A stretch of DNA of 64,000 nt from Octopus bimaculoides. Lineage: Eukaryota. The notes below the pieces were generated by a model. That model saw only the letters and a program-made list of their open reading frames with translations. It did no database searches and had not been told where the DNA came from. The stretch's first letter is position 1, and every line of letters starts with the position of its first letter. This document shows positions 1-13,461 of this stretch, in pieces. The position numbers and the translations under genes were made by a program. The stretch is taken from NCBI RefSeq assembly GCF_001194135.2, contig NC_068988.1:78849513-78913512 (forward strand). The letters run 5' to 3'.

Positions 1-3000
1 ACTTTATATTACTTCACTACACCTATCAGTGGGAGACAGTTACTAGGTTTTCTGGGGAAGTAGCGGCCTCTACTTAGTTGGCTAACGGAAATGAAACCAA
101 AGGAGGTAAAAATATTCATAAAATCTTTCGTAACATGTAATATGAATGAAACTGTCATGAATTACTGTTCCTTATTGCCGTGTGATTTGGTTGTAAACTC
201 ATTAAATTAGCAGCTTCATGATTAATTCGAATAAAACTGTTTTATTTAATATTTTAAACTTCCTCTATATTTTCAATAAACTAGTTAAAAACAGCACGAC
301 AATATTAAAGACACTAGTCTTGAAATGGAATATCTATGTATTAAGCGTTTGTAAATCCATTCACGAAACTTTTAAAACTTTTTGTTATGTCAACAATTGA
401 TTTCTTTCTGCTTAGAAGTATTTCCTTATAATATTTTACATAAAAGCTAATCATTTCGTTTTCGTCTTATTTTCATTCGTCTCTACTGTTATAAGTTCAT
501 GAAGTGTTTCAAAGACGAATTCTGCTCAGGTAAATACGGTAGTTTTTTCCAGATACTTTGGCATGAAAAGAACTGAATTAATCACAGCAAGTCTGACCCT
601 CGTTAGTCCCAGAGCTGACAATGCATAAGGAGATGAATGTTTATATGGGAATGTCATTTAATCCCAAGCCGTCGCTAATACAGTAGAATTATGACCAAAG
701 ACTGTTGTGTCGACGCCCCCAGACGATGAAGTAGGCTAGCCCAATACGTAGATATAGAGGGAGAAGTCTAGACGTCGAAGTAGTTGAGTAGAGGTCATCC
801 GAACGTGCGATATAACAAAGACAATCCAAATATGACCATCGCGTCTTATTTGCAAGTATAGTGAATTCAGGTTCACCTTATCCAATGGCTGCTTCCATTT
901 ACCAGAGAGTAGAGGTAATTCGAAAGAAATATGGCTGTTATTTTCAGCAGATGAAGCAACTATGATAAGGTGAATTCGTCTGTTGAGAGCTAAGTGTCTT
1001 GGACTTGGGTATAATACACTATAAGTTACGAACCCCAAATCTCTCTGTTAGTTATATGTTCGTCGTCCTCACATCTATCTGTGAATTTGTCCTTATAGCA
1101 TAAGAATAGAATTAACTCGAAGTGCATCGTTCACGTGTTTTCCCAAATCTTTGGTGCTTTAGACAAGTAATATGAAATGAGAACTGAAATTACGTTATGT
1201 TGTAGAATTGCACAGGCCATTAAGAAAGCAAGTACTGCTTTTATTTGACAAGACATAATGCTATATGAGCAGACACGAGCTGTTGTGACAATCATTCATG
1301 TACTTCTCAAAACATTAGCAGCGTACATTAAGTTAAATGACTTAAAACTACTTCGCACAGTCAGTTTTCCAGTAGCTTGTCTAACTGTCAACACCCGTAA
1401 ACGTCAAAATAAAATTAAATTTGATTTCTTTTTCCAGGAGTGTTCACCACAGCAATAAACGGAAATAGTTTTAACTTGGAATCGTAGCAACATCTCAGAT
1501 CATACACGCCAGAAGCTTATCATTAAGCTTCACACCCAATTTAAAAGTACCGTTTATTTTTATTCTATTTAAAATATTGTGTTCGTTACCATTTTCTGAT
1601 AAATTCGATTATAAATGCGCCATAAGTTCAAGATTAATGAGGTTGTCATTAGATATTGAGCTTATAATAGACTTCCAGCAAAACTATTTCTTATTGAGCT
1701 TGTAGAAGAATTTGTGTGCTTTTGCTTATCACATTAAACTGCCGGCTTCATATGCTTCTATCCTGTACATGAATTCATCCCTTTTATTTGATAGCATTGC
1801 TTAAAGCTTCAAAACGCTAGAAACTGTTCGCAATCGAAAGAAATCTGTTTCATCTTTTTTTTTTCACAGTGAATTCTACTTAGCAGCTATTTATGTAATA
1901 ATGGTAAAATACGTATTTGTACAAAGCCATTTACATTACATATGAAACTTCTTGGTGTTGCCAATGTTTCCACAGCATTTTCACAGTTCAGTGGTTGAAA
2001 CCAGTAAAAGCTTAAAAAATAACCATTAAAAAAAATTATTTGTATGTCTCCTTTACAAAAAGCAGGCTTTTACTAAACCAACGGAAATCTATATTTTAAC
2101 TTCGTAGCGTAGTTTCAAGTGAGAGAGTTCCTGAATATTCGGTGATTTGACTCAATCAATTGGTTTTGATTTGTGGTTCTCTCCCCTTTGCGTCACTTTC
2201 AACAGGAATTCGTATGAAAAATACTTGAAACCTACATCGCCGCATATTCTCTCCATGAAAGACATATATATATACGTATGTAAGAAACTAGTACATAATG
2301 GTTGAATACGTCTATGTATTCTGGTTTCTAATTTCGTAAATATCAACATTACTTTTCACCTCATAATAAATATCAGTAATATATTCTAAAATTTCCGATT
2401 GTTTCCTCAAATGCGGAAGGACAGCGGTCATGATGGTGTTCACGGTCATCCAGGCGGGTGGGGGGAGAAGTGAAGGGAAGTCATCCTCAGCCTCGAAAAC
2501 CTTTTGAAACAGGGTGATCCTCTGGGTGTCTAATAACCCTCAGCAGCCAGATGACGGTGATATTAATCCAAGCTATGAATTAACTCTAGGAGAGTTAATC
2601 AGCTATTTCAACAATGCCTCTTCATCAAGAGGTACGGCAGGACGCTACATCACAAGAAATATGATTTCTGAGGGAATCAAGTACATGTATAGAAAGTATA
2701 TATAACTACACGAGTACATAGAATGTCGATAGAACTACACATTTCGTTGTCATTCAAATGCTTTCTTTCCAGTTAGCAATTTGGCACTCTCGTTTTAATA
2801 TTACACCGAGGAGGGACTTTAGTGAAAAACTTGCCACTTCTTGGGAAACGATGGGCCAGATTAATACAATATAAATGAAAGTAAACTACAATCTTTGATG
2901 ACATCGAAGCGAAGTCATTGTTAATAATATCCACCGAACTTGTACTGAATGGTTCATGGATTTTTATAATCTAGGATTTTTGTATACTTTATCCTTACAA

Positions 3001-3417
3001 TACAAATCAGAGTTTCGCGTGAGCCAATGTTTAATGTTTACAAGTAAGCAGATATAATACATATATATATGTATGCATATGTGTGTATATATGAGTACAT
3101 ATATTTGTGTGCGTCAGTGTGTGTGTGTGTGAGAGAGAGGGCGAGTGTGTATATGTATGTATGTATGCATGTATGTATGTATGTATGTATGTATGTATGT
3201 ATGTCATTATTCAGTTTTATTTCAAGATTTCTTGCGAATAAGGAAAGAGCCAGTTTCTAACCTACATTCAAGGCTCCTTCATTGGAATTTCAAAATCAAC
3301 CACAGGGTATTTTGGTATGTATGTATGTATGTATGTATGTATGTATGTATTATGTATGTATTATGTATGTATGTATGTATGTATGTATGTATACGTGCCG
3401 GTTTGTATGTTTTGTAC

Positions 3418-3731
3418 TATGTATGTATTCTCATGCATATAGTTGCATATCTAGACATGCTCATATATATACTTATTTGATAAACTCCTGGAAAGTTTTA
3501 CAAACTTTCTTCAGTTTCAGTGACTGCTTGGATCTGCAGTCTTCGAATCAGCTTTCTCCTTTCTGGTTTTGAGAAGTCTAATTGCTCAAGATTAGTATTC
3601 AGGCAGTGAGCTGCATATCCCAGTGCCCCAATAATTGCAGGTATAAACCTGAACTTGTAATCTGGATAGAGTAACTGCAGATTCCTCAATAGTCCAGCGT
3701 AGGTATTGTCTTTTTCATTGATCTTCAAGTT
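3418..3731 (-). mobile_element. 5'-truncated 3' end of a non-LTR retrotransposon with restriction-like (REL) endonuclease, plus 3' UTR and (TACA)n tail
   Basis: ORF 3498-3737(-) KINEKDNTYAGLLRNLQLLYPDYKFRFIPAIIGALG matches the K..KY..L / P.IIGALG end of PD-(D/E)xK REL domains; a homologous copy lies in the opposite orientation at 62174-62520. Confidence 0.8.
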
Positions 3732-4912
3732 TTGCAAACTTTGTTTAGGGATGGATTTCGATATTTGGTGATTAAAAGAGGTTGCCGAAGAGATATGTTA
3801 AGACATTCAAAGGGATTTTTAGATCGCTGCTAAGCCTCTGCCGCCTTGTTTTCGTTTTAGGTAGAGGTGGTCTACGTGATTTATCTCGCTGCTCTATGAC
3901 TTCCAGATGTTTAAACATCAGGCGTATTGACGAGAAAAGATTCTCTTTCGCCTATAAATAGTAGCCTGTCCACGAACAGGCAAAACCCATACCTTGTGTG
4001 TGTTCGATATTGTGATTGTGTGTATATATATATGCATACATGGGAGAGGAACGCTAAGAAGTTCCTGGCATGTTCACTGTTACCATAAGTGTGTGAATCT
4101 GAGAGAAATATATTGAATAAAATCATAATTAACTGATCTTCTTGTATTTTGTTTTACACAGAGCCAGGAACTCCTCAGCACCCCTCGTATATATATATAA
4201 TCTCTCTCTCTCTCTCTCTCCCTCTATCTCTCTCTCTCTCTCCCTCCCTCTCTCTCCCTCTCTCTTTCTCCCTCTCTCTCTCCCTCTCTCTCTCTCTCCC
4301 TCTCCCTCTCTCTCTCTCTTTGTGTGTGTATGTGTGTATGAGTGTTACATTGCAGAAAATTGTATAAAAGATATCGATTTTGCGTCTATAGAATGAATCA
4401 CATATCAATTACTTATTGGTAAGACATAGATATAGGTTTCTTTTATGTCCATGTGTTGAAGAGCTCGCTGAAAGATTCATCTATACTCGAAATTGTCTTT
4501 CCTTTGCAAGTTTCGGAGAGGTTAGCACATGATCTTTCTTGTTATCTTACACAGTAGACCACATTTCTTTCTGTATATTTGATATGTTGATTGTGGCACA
4601 AATCTCACAATTCTTTTTACAAATAGATAGTTCAGATTTTTTTAAATCTCTGTTATTTCAATACTAGATGTGGTATCTACATGCATTGCATTGCCAAACC
4701 TTAAGTTTAGTCAATATACTGTCATTAGCTATGTTATGATTTTCTCCAGTTGCACTCTTTGTTACAATACAAAGCGTAAATTGTATCTGTTAACATTCTT
4801 TAGTATATTTCGAAACCTTTCTTTGGCTCTTTTATACAATCTATCTTTTTGTGTGTAACTGAATAACCAGGTAACTGCACACACAAACACAAATATACTT
4901 TCTCTTTCTCTC

Positions 4913-4999
<87 letters not shown>

Positions 5000-5601
5000 G
5001 TCACTCACTCGGTTCTAGTTATTAGTTACCCGCTTTGTAAAGAGTTGTCATGCGTCCAATAATCTGTCAGTTATTCCGCCATCTTAGAAAACACAGACCA
5101 AATAGATTGCTACTAGATTGCATATAACTACAGACTGTTGGTGCAATCTGTAAGTCAAAAGTTATTTTTAAACTGTCGTATCGATCAAATTGAATCATAT
5201 AACATTTCGCCGAAATGGACTGAATTTGAATTCCAAGTGTTTTTCTCTCTCTACTTTTCTTCCTTTCGCTTTATAACCACTATATTTTTCTCGGTCATTT
5301 TACCACTTTCGCTTTCTCTCTCACTTTCTTTTTCTCTCCGTCTTTTCCTTCTTTTCCTCTCCTTTTTTGTCCTTCTCTCTCTCTCTCTCTCTCTCACATA
5401 CACACTTACACACACACGCACGCACGCACAATCACACACAAACGCACAGAAAGGTCTCTCTTCGTTATTTCTCCTCTTTTTTATGTTCTGATATATTCTC
5501 TCTTTCCTTCATCAATAGAGTGTTAGCTATGACAGACATAGTTATATATAGACAGATAATAGACCTATAGAAAATTGGATAAATTAATCGATATCGTTTC
5601 A

Positions 5602-5668
<67 letters not shown>

Positions 5669-6274
5669 TCGCATAAAAACATGCATTGATATACTTGTAC
5701 GTTTATATATGTACATAGGTACATCTAGGATAGGTAGGTAGTTGATAGATAGATAGATAGATAGATAAGTAGACTTATAAATATATTTACCACTGCCTAT
5801 CTTCTTTTTTTTAGCTCATTTTTCTTTCATCTCGTTTCTCTTCGTCCAATTTTACATTGTTTCTCTCTTCCTTCTGTTTCTTTCTCTTATGTACTTTGTC
5901 AATACCAGATTTATCTCGGTCACCTCCCCCACTTTTTCTCTCGTTTCTGTATTCTCTTTCTCCCTTCCCTCTGACGTTTGTGCAAGTAAAATATTGGAAT
6001 TGGTAAAATGCCATTAAAAATATATTTCCAGGAAACCTTGGCACTATAAAAATCTTATAGTTTCTTGTCTTATTTGCTGATTACTACATATTTTATTGTC
6101 CGTATTATTATTTATGGTTCTCTGTGACATTCACCCGTTGTTCATCATTGGTAAAATAATTATGAGGTCGTTGATCTCCGCTATAACTCCCACCTTTACA
6201 AAAATGTTGTTCTTGGTTCACCTGAGGACAACCATAATCGAGCAGATCTATAACTAAAGCATTCAAGACATATC

Positions 6275-6514
6275 TTTCTTCTGTTCATGTTTCTCAAACA
6301 CGGTGTATCTACATTTAATTCTCTAATGTAACCCAGTAAAGTATCATATGAGGTAATGTTCACTGTTTTTACTAGCCTGTCATGCTATTATGTGAAGGTA
6401 CCTTCCTTGGTCCAGTCTTTTACATGTATCGTTTCTTCTGTTCATGTTTCTCAAAAACGGTGTATCTATAATTAAATTCTCTAATGTGACCCAGCAAAGT
6501 ATCATATGAGGTAA
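6275..6514. repeat. Direct duplication of ~82 bp with 157-158 bp period
   Basis: tttcttctgttcatgtttctcaaa(c/a)acggtgtatct...gtatcatatgaggtaa occurs at 6275-6356 and 6432-6514. Confidence 0.9.
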
Positions 6515-6789
6515 CATGTAACAGTTTCGTTATATCGTATAAAATGGTTTCTGCTTCCTAAGATAATTACAAACACCAGGAATTTTGTTTGATAGAGAAA
6601 CAAAGAATAGATTAAAATCGAAACCTTAGGGCTGGTTGATGGATATTTCATATTGATCTAAGGAGGACGAAAAACAAAGAATTAAATAATTCTTTTCAAA
6701 CCCGAGAGGAATTTGAATCCAGAACTTAAAGACATGTAACTAAATACAAAATATATACCGGAGCTTGATGGAATTCAAGGTAGGCTTTG

Positions 6790-7330
6790 TCGGAAAAAAT
6801 TCATATAGCCAAGGTAATGTTCACACGTGTAGCAGGTGAACCTTATGTGGAGCCATATTGTAATATATGGTACAAGATTAAGTGTAACTGACAATTTTGT
6901 TTCTGGGCAGCATGGTTCCCTAGATGCAGAAGTACATGAACGCGTTCTGAAATAATTGTAGCATTTGAGAAGCATGAAAAAAGAGTCTGGGCAAATTACA
7001 GCATCACCAAGATCAGGCGTTTACAAGGCATGTATTCTAATAGTTATTTTGCTCTTTACTGAAACATGGACAGTACACTGATATTGCAATCTTCTTGAAT
7101 GCTTTCATTAAAAATGTCTGATGCATACTCGACATCAAGTGGCAAAGTAAAACACTTGACACAGAATCTTTCAAAGGCAGAATGCACAAGCTTTCAGTCA
7201 CTTATAACATTTAGATGCAATGGCCGGGTCACGTTGTGCGTATGGAAAAAGTCGATTCCAAAGCAACTATTCAGCGGTGAGCTGTGTACCGAATGCGTCT
7301 TAGGCATAAACTACAAAATAAATAAATACA

Positions 7331-7361
<31 letters not shown>

Positions 7362-7770
7362 ACAAAATAAATAAAATAAAATTACAAAAACTGTCATAAA
7401 AGGCAACCTGAAGGAACTGCAAATCAATGTGAATAACTAACTTTGGAAAGAGCAGAGTTGCGGAAACGTATAGGGGGAAGCTGTAAAACTTTCGAAGTGG
7501 GGGGCCTTGAGCACGAAAGTCTAAAGCAGTGGCTTTAGAGGTTGTCATCAGAATCTCATAGAGAACCTAAAGTGTTGGAGGTGTGAAACTTGTCACGTGC
7601 TCCTCTCCAAGGCTAGGTATATCAACCATCTCAAGTCCCGCGAAAGATCAAATGTCCTTCCTCCTAGACCAGTTAATTCGACGTTCGTAGTATGTGAGAG
7701 GGCTTTCAAGTCGATTTCGTGACGGTTCACAGGGATCATATTTCGCAAAGTAATCCGATCGATCCAGTGG
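6790..7770 (+). mobile_element. Degenerate RTE-clade LINE 3' fragment (RT C-terminus plus two degenerate C2H2-like fingers), interrupted by (AAAT)n at 7317-7380
   Basis: Frameshifted motifs: VYKACIL..L.FTETWTV, KAECTS, GHVVRM..SIPKQLFSGEL, then CETCHVLLSKARYINH and VVCERAFKS. Confidence 0.75.
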
Positions 7771-8154
7771 AAGTTGGAACTTTCGCCCGTCAATTATGCT
7801 TCACACCATGTAGAATCCGGGCTGAATAGTCGTCTCAGTGGCCGTAAACGGAATATCAGCAACACGGCAATCATCTATGAAGATGGAGCAATGACAAAGT
7901 ATGTATGTATGTATGAATGTATGTATGTATGTATTTATGTATGTATGTATGTATGTATGTATGTATGTACGGATGGATGGAGGGATGGATGGATGGATGG
8001 ATGGATGGATGGATGGATGGATGGACGAACGGGTGTGTGAGGTAGATGAAACAAAAACATTCTCAATATGCATATATATATATATATATATATTTCGTTT
8101 GGGGATTTGGTTTGCAAGATTCTTTAGGTGAGTTGGTGTGTTGAAACATTCTGT

Positions 8155-9415
8155 TGTGTCTGGGGAGAGTCATTCCCTTTTTGTGCCTTATAATTCAACA
8201 CACTCACAAGTAAAATTTCCACTCATTTCCTTATTCAATTTTCTAAACTTTTCGATGTTTCTTGCAACGTTTTCAATAGTCTTTGACTCTGTCCGTTATT
8301 GAAACTGCGTTCTTTTTGTTTGTTTGTGCGCATGTGTGTGGGTCAATGTGTGTGTGCATACACATGTATGTATGCATGTATGTATGCATGTATGTATATA
8401 TATATGTATGCATGTATGTACGTGTGTGTGTGTGCGTATGTATATATGTATATATGTGCGTACGTTTGTATGTATGCTGCTTGCATATTCATGTGTTTAT
8501 GTGTCCGTATGTGTGTTTGCATGTGTGTGTGTATCTCTGACTCATTGTGTGTGCATGTCTGAGTGTGTATGTGTATGGGTTTTTGTTTGCAACTATGTAC
8601 TGTGTCTGTATGTATGGATGTATATCTCCATATGTATGNNNNNNNNNNNNNNNNNNNNNNNNNNNNNNNNNNNNNNNNNNNNNNNNNNNNNNNNNNNNNN
8701 NNNNNNNNNNNNNNNNNNNNNNNNNNNNNNNNNNNNNNNNNNNNNNNNNNNNNNNNNNNNNNNNNNNNNNNNNNNNNNNNNNNNNNNNNNNNNNNNNNNN
8801 NNNNNNNNNNNNNNNNNNNNNNNNNNNNNNNNNNNNNNNNNNNNNNNNNNNNNNNNNNNNNNNNNNNNNNNNNNNNNNNNNNNNNNNNNNNNNNNNNNNN
8901 NNNNNNNNNNNNNNNNNNNNNNNNNNNNNNNNNNNNNNNNNNNNNNNNNNNNNNNNNNNNNNNNNNNNNNNNNNNNNNNNNNNNNNNNNNNNNNNNNNNN
9001 NNNNNNNNNNNNNNNNNNNNNNNNNNNNNNNNNNNNNNNNNNNNNNNNNNNNNNNNNNNNNNNNNNNNNNNNNNNNNNNNNNNNNNNNNNNNNNNNNNNN
9101 NNNNNNNNNNNNNNNNNNNNNNNNNNNNNNNNNNNNNNNNNNNNNNNNNNNNNNNNNNNNNNNNNNNNNNNNNNNNNNNNNNNNNNNNNNNNNNNNNNNN
9201 NNNNNNNNNNNNNNNNNNNNNNNNNNNNNNNNNNNNNNNNNNNNNNNNNNNNNNNNNNNNNNNNNNNNNNNNNNNNNNNNNNNNNNNNNNNNNNNNNNNN
9301 NNNNNNNNNNNNNNNNNNNNNNNNNNNNNNNNNNNNNNNNNNNNNNNNNNNNNNNNNNNNNNNNNNNNNNNNNNNNNNNNNNNNNNNNNNNNNNNNNNNN
9401 NNNNNNNNNNNNNNN

Positions 9416-9454
<39 letters not shown>

Positions 9455-9876
9455 ACCCACACACACCCATGCAAGCGCACACGCATACACGCACACAGAA
9501 ACACGGACACAAACAAATGAATATGTAGGCAGAATACATACATACAAACGTACACACATACACACATATATACATACGCACAAACACACACATACGTACA
9601 TGCATACATACATACATACATACATACATACATGCATACATACATATATACATACATACATGTGTATGCACACACACACACTCACACTGACCCACACATG
9701 CACACAAACAAATATAAAGAACGCAGTTTCAATAACGTACAGAGTCAACAACTATTGAAAAGGTTGCAAGATGCAACGAAAATTTTAGAAAAATAAATAA
9801 GTAAATGAGTGGAAATTTTACGAGTGTGTATGTTAAATTATAAGGCACTAAAAGGGAATGACTCTCCCCAGACACA
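8155..9876. repeat. Large imperfect inverted repeat: arms ~8155-8530 and ~9480-9876 around the N-gap 8639-9415
   Basis: tgtgtctggggagagtcattcccttt...gttattgaaactgcgttct on the left is the reverse complement of agaacgcagtttcaataac...aaagggaatgactctccccagacaca; the inner compound microsatellite is also mirrored. Confidence 0.85.
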
Positions 9877-10548
9877 AAAGTATATATATATATATATATN
9901 NNNNNNNNNNNNNNNNNNNNNNNNNNNNNNNNNNNNNNNNNNNNNNNNNNNNNNNNNNNNNNNNNNNNNNNNNNNNNNNNNNNNNNNNNNNNNNNNNNNN
10001 NNNNNNNNNNNNNNNNNNNNNNNNNNNNNNNNNNNNNNNNNNNNNNNNNNNNNNNNNNNNNNNNNNNNNNNNNNNNNNNNNNNNNNNNNNNNNNNNNNNN
10101 NNNNNNNNNNNNNNNNNNNNNNNNNNNNNNNNNNNNNNNNNNNNNNNNNNNNNNNNNNNNNNNNNNNNNNNNNNNNNNNNNNNNNNNNNNNNNNNNNNNN
10201 NNNNNNNNNNNNNNNNNNNNNNNNNNNNNNNNNNNNNNNNNNNNNNNNNNNNNNNNNNNNNNNNNNNNNNNNNNNNNNNNNNNNNNNNNNNNNNNNNNNN
10301 NNNNNNNNNNNNNNNNNNNNNNNNNNNNNNNNNNNNNNNNNNNNNNNNNNNNNNNNNNNNNNNNNNNNNNNNNNNNNNNNNNNNNNNNNNNNNNNNNNNN
10401 NNNNNNNNNNNNNNNNNNNNNNNNNNNNNNNNNNNNNNNNNNNNGCATAAATGTCAGATAGCCTATGTGGAAAACGATTGGATGAAAAGATGAAGAGTAT
10501 GAAATTTTACCAACATGAGCAAATTGAAATGGACACAAATACGTATGT

Positions 10549-10591
<43 letters not shown>

Positions 10592-11354
10592 TATGTACGC
10601 ATGTGTGTATGTATGTATATGTTTTATGTGGCCAAAAACTCGAAACGACGTGTTGAAACAACAGTTTTATTAGTATAGTTACACATACAAACACAGACTT
10701 GCGCGCGCACACACACACATTTAAGTAAGCATATATGTATAAACGTATATAAAATTTATCCATACTTTTAATTTATGGTCTTTATTGAATGAAAAAAATG
10801 AAAACAAAAATAATAAAAAGACAATACATATAACAAAAACTATGAGGACTTCAAATAAAGAAATCGATACTGTTCTATGTGATCAATTTTGAATATCTGA
10901 TCTAGTAGCGGAAATTCAATAATCGTATCAATTCATTGCAAAATATTACGAACCATAACGTATGTTCCTTCTATTGATCTGACAGACCGTAGATATTTTT
11001 GTAATGTGATGTCTACTATATCAAATGGTTATGATGTGGAGTAAATTTAAGACTGGCTTCCGAGTCAACTCACAGCTGTGTTTCAGTTCCTTTAACACAT
11101 TACTTCATTGTAACACTGGCAATAATCACAAAAGTTTGCTGTCTGTGTCGCTTGATTCATAATGTGGTATTATGTCAGTTGTTTGTCATGGTAATACTGT
11201 TGTGATTAGCTTTAGTTTAGATTTGATGGTTCCGGTTTGATACAGTGTACATACATTCAGGAATAAGACAATGACGACTGGATTTGGAGCCTGCTGAAAT
11301 ATAAAGATGCAGATATATTGAAAAAATATTTTATCTATGACATTCTTCTTTCTT

Positions 11355-11830
11355 GCTTTTAACCCTCCAACGCGGAGTATAGGCCACTTATAATTGAATT
11401 CCATGTCGCATAATTTTTCGCTTCTGTACTTATACTCTGCCATGAATGTCCCCCTTTCTCTAGTTCCTTTTGTGTTGATCTACGCCACGAGTTCTTAGGC
11501 CTACCCCTCTTTCTATATCCATCCGGATTCCACTGTAAAGCACTTTTCGCTACATTTGGTGTGTCCTTTCTAATTGTGCTTCCAATCTACTTCCACTTTT
11601 TCTTAAATATTTGCTCCCTAATTGAAACTTGATTTGTTCTTTGCCATAGCTCCATATTGCTTATGTGTTCTGGCCATCTGATTTTAAGTATACTAAGCAA
11701 GCACCTGTTGATGAATGATTGTTTTTGCTTATTTGACTTAACTGTTGTTCTCCATGTTTCAGCCCCATGCAATAACACCGCTTTTACGTTAGTGTTAAAC
11801 ATTCTTATTTTGTTCTTTATTGAAATTACA
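11355..11830 (-). mobile_element. RTE-clade LINE 3' fragment
   Basis: ORF 11587-11844(-) SIKNKIRMFNTNVKAVLLHGAETW...RCLLSILKIRWPEHISNMELW...KKKWK*IG, continuing ALQWNPDGYRKRGRPKNSWRR. Confidence 0.85.
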
Positions 11831-12934
11831 CTTGCGCTCCACACTTAGACCTAAAACTTCTCTTTGACATTTTGACATTTTTACTTATGTAATTTATGAT
11901 GTCTTTTGAGATCGGAGAAAATGATGTCACAATAGAGAGCCATGTGACAGAAATTGATGAAGAACTTGTCGGATCTGGATTTATTGAGCTATTGAGTGTT
12001 AATTGTGCTAATTTGTTTAGCTGTGAAGTGATCAAAGCATTGATGTAACAAGTCTATGGCCGGTAAACCGATATCGTATAAAACTTCTTACGAGCAGAAG
12101 TACAACCCATTCAGTTGTTGAGAAAAGACCGAAGTTTAAGCCATATTCCCAGAACCCATCCCTCTCCAAGCTATTAATGATATTCAAAACTACAGGCAAA
12201 ATACAGGTGTTATTTAGGAAAATGTTTTGATACCTTCTACAAATACACGAACATCACAATGTGAACATGAATTGTATCAAAGATGCAAATGAAATTGCTT
12301 AGCTGCAAACTGAAGCCGTTTAGCGGATTCGGTTCGTTAGTTACTTGCCTCTTACTATATGGCAACCGTACAATTCTGATTAAATCTTCAGCTTTACTTA
12401 ATCATTCACAATTTCTAGACACGCAAACTTGATTACTTCTATCTTAAGTGGTCTCCTTACTTTTATTGACTGTCTCACCCAAGATAGTGAAGTTTTACGC
12501 TTCATTTCACTGATACAATCACAGTATTTTATAGAATCAATAATAACCACGGCTTTTTATTAAGCACGCTATTATTATTAATGTTGGTTGGTGTGTTAGT
12601 ATATGTGATGACCAGCTTCAAGTAGGTTTTATTAATTGACTCTATCACTCAGGAATATCAGATATAACGGGTGAAACAATGATTTCTCAATTATACTCGA
12701 TATCCTACTTTTCCATTTCATGTAAATTAAAGCTAAGAGTCTTCGCGCTTTTCTTAAAATATAACATTACTTTAAATATAATACATAAAATATATAAAAC
12801 GTAATATATATATATATATANNNNNNNNNNNNNNNNNNNNNNNNNNNNNNNNNNNNNNNNNNNNNNNNNNNNNNNNNNNNNNNNNNNNNNNNNNNNNNNT
12901 ATATATACATACATACATACATATATGTCCAATT

Positions 12935-13342
12935 TGTTGCAGTTAATTGACTGCAGCCATGCTGGGGCACCGCCTTGGAGGGTTTTTGTCGAACAAATCG
13001 ACCTTAGGACTTACTTTTTGAAGCCTAGTACTTATTCTATCGGTCTCTTACAGAACCACTAAGTTACGGGGACGTAAATACACCATCACCAGTTGTAGAC
13101 AAACACCAGACACACACACACACACACCAATACACACACAAACACACACACACACACACACATGCGCGCACGGTCGCGCTCGCACGCACACCTATGTACG
13201 ACAGGCTTCTTTTTTCCGCCTACCAAATCCACTCACAAGGCAAGAGCAGAAGACACTTACCCAAGGTGCTACGCAGTGAGACTGAACTCAGAGACATGTG
13301 ATTAAGAAGCTAGCTTCTTACTACACTTCCACGCCTGCGCCT
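12935..13342 (-). mobile_element. tRNA-derived CORE-type SINE (octopus OR2-like), diverged near-full copy
   Basis: Same architecture as 20219-20625: gactgcagccatgctggggcaccgcc ... ccaaatccactcacaaggc ... gaagacacttacccaagg ... cctgcgccta. Confidence 0.85.
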
Positions 13343-13405
13343 ACACACACACACACATACACACACACATACATACATACATGCATAGATACATACATAC
13401 ATACA

Positions 13406-13439
<34 letters not shown>

Positions 13440-13461
13440 CATATATATATAAATATACTTC

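Noticed and set aside
2595-2640. Minus-strand TTGATGA...GAAATAGCTG hammerhead-like string
   Set aside because: C3 lost, weak helix II, no helix I complementarity.
3241-3300. Hammerhead-like minus-strand string CCAATGA-AGGAGCC...GGTTA-GAAA-CTGGCTC
   Set aside because: G5 is A, there is no UH triplet in register, and helix I is poor; would need a family consensus to revive.
8324-10763. Long ORFs of 200-450 aa here and at 19.0-19.7, 20.4-21.1, 26.4-26.9, 35.3-36.5, 38.3-39.0 and 51.8-52.6 kb
   Set aside because: They stay open only because they cross N-gaps and dinucleotide/tetranucleotide repeats.
11890-12060. ENDVTIESHVTEIDEELV as a Tigger/pogo C-terminal remnant
   Set aside because: Similarity is too short and low in complexity to call.
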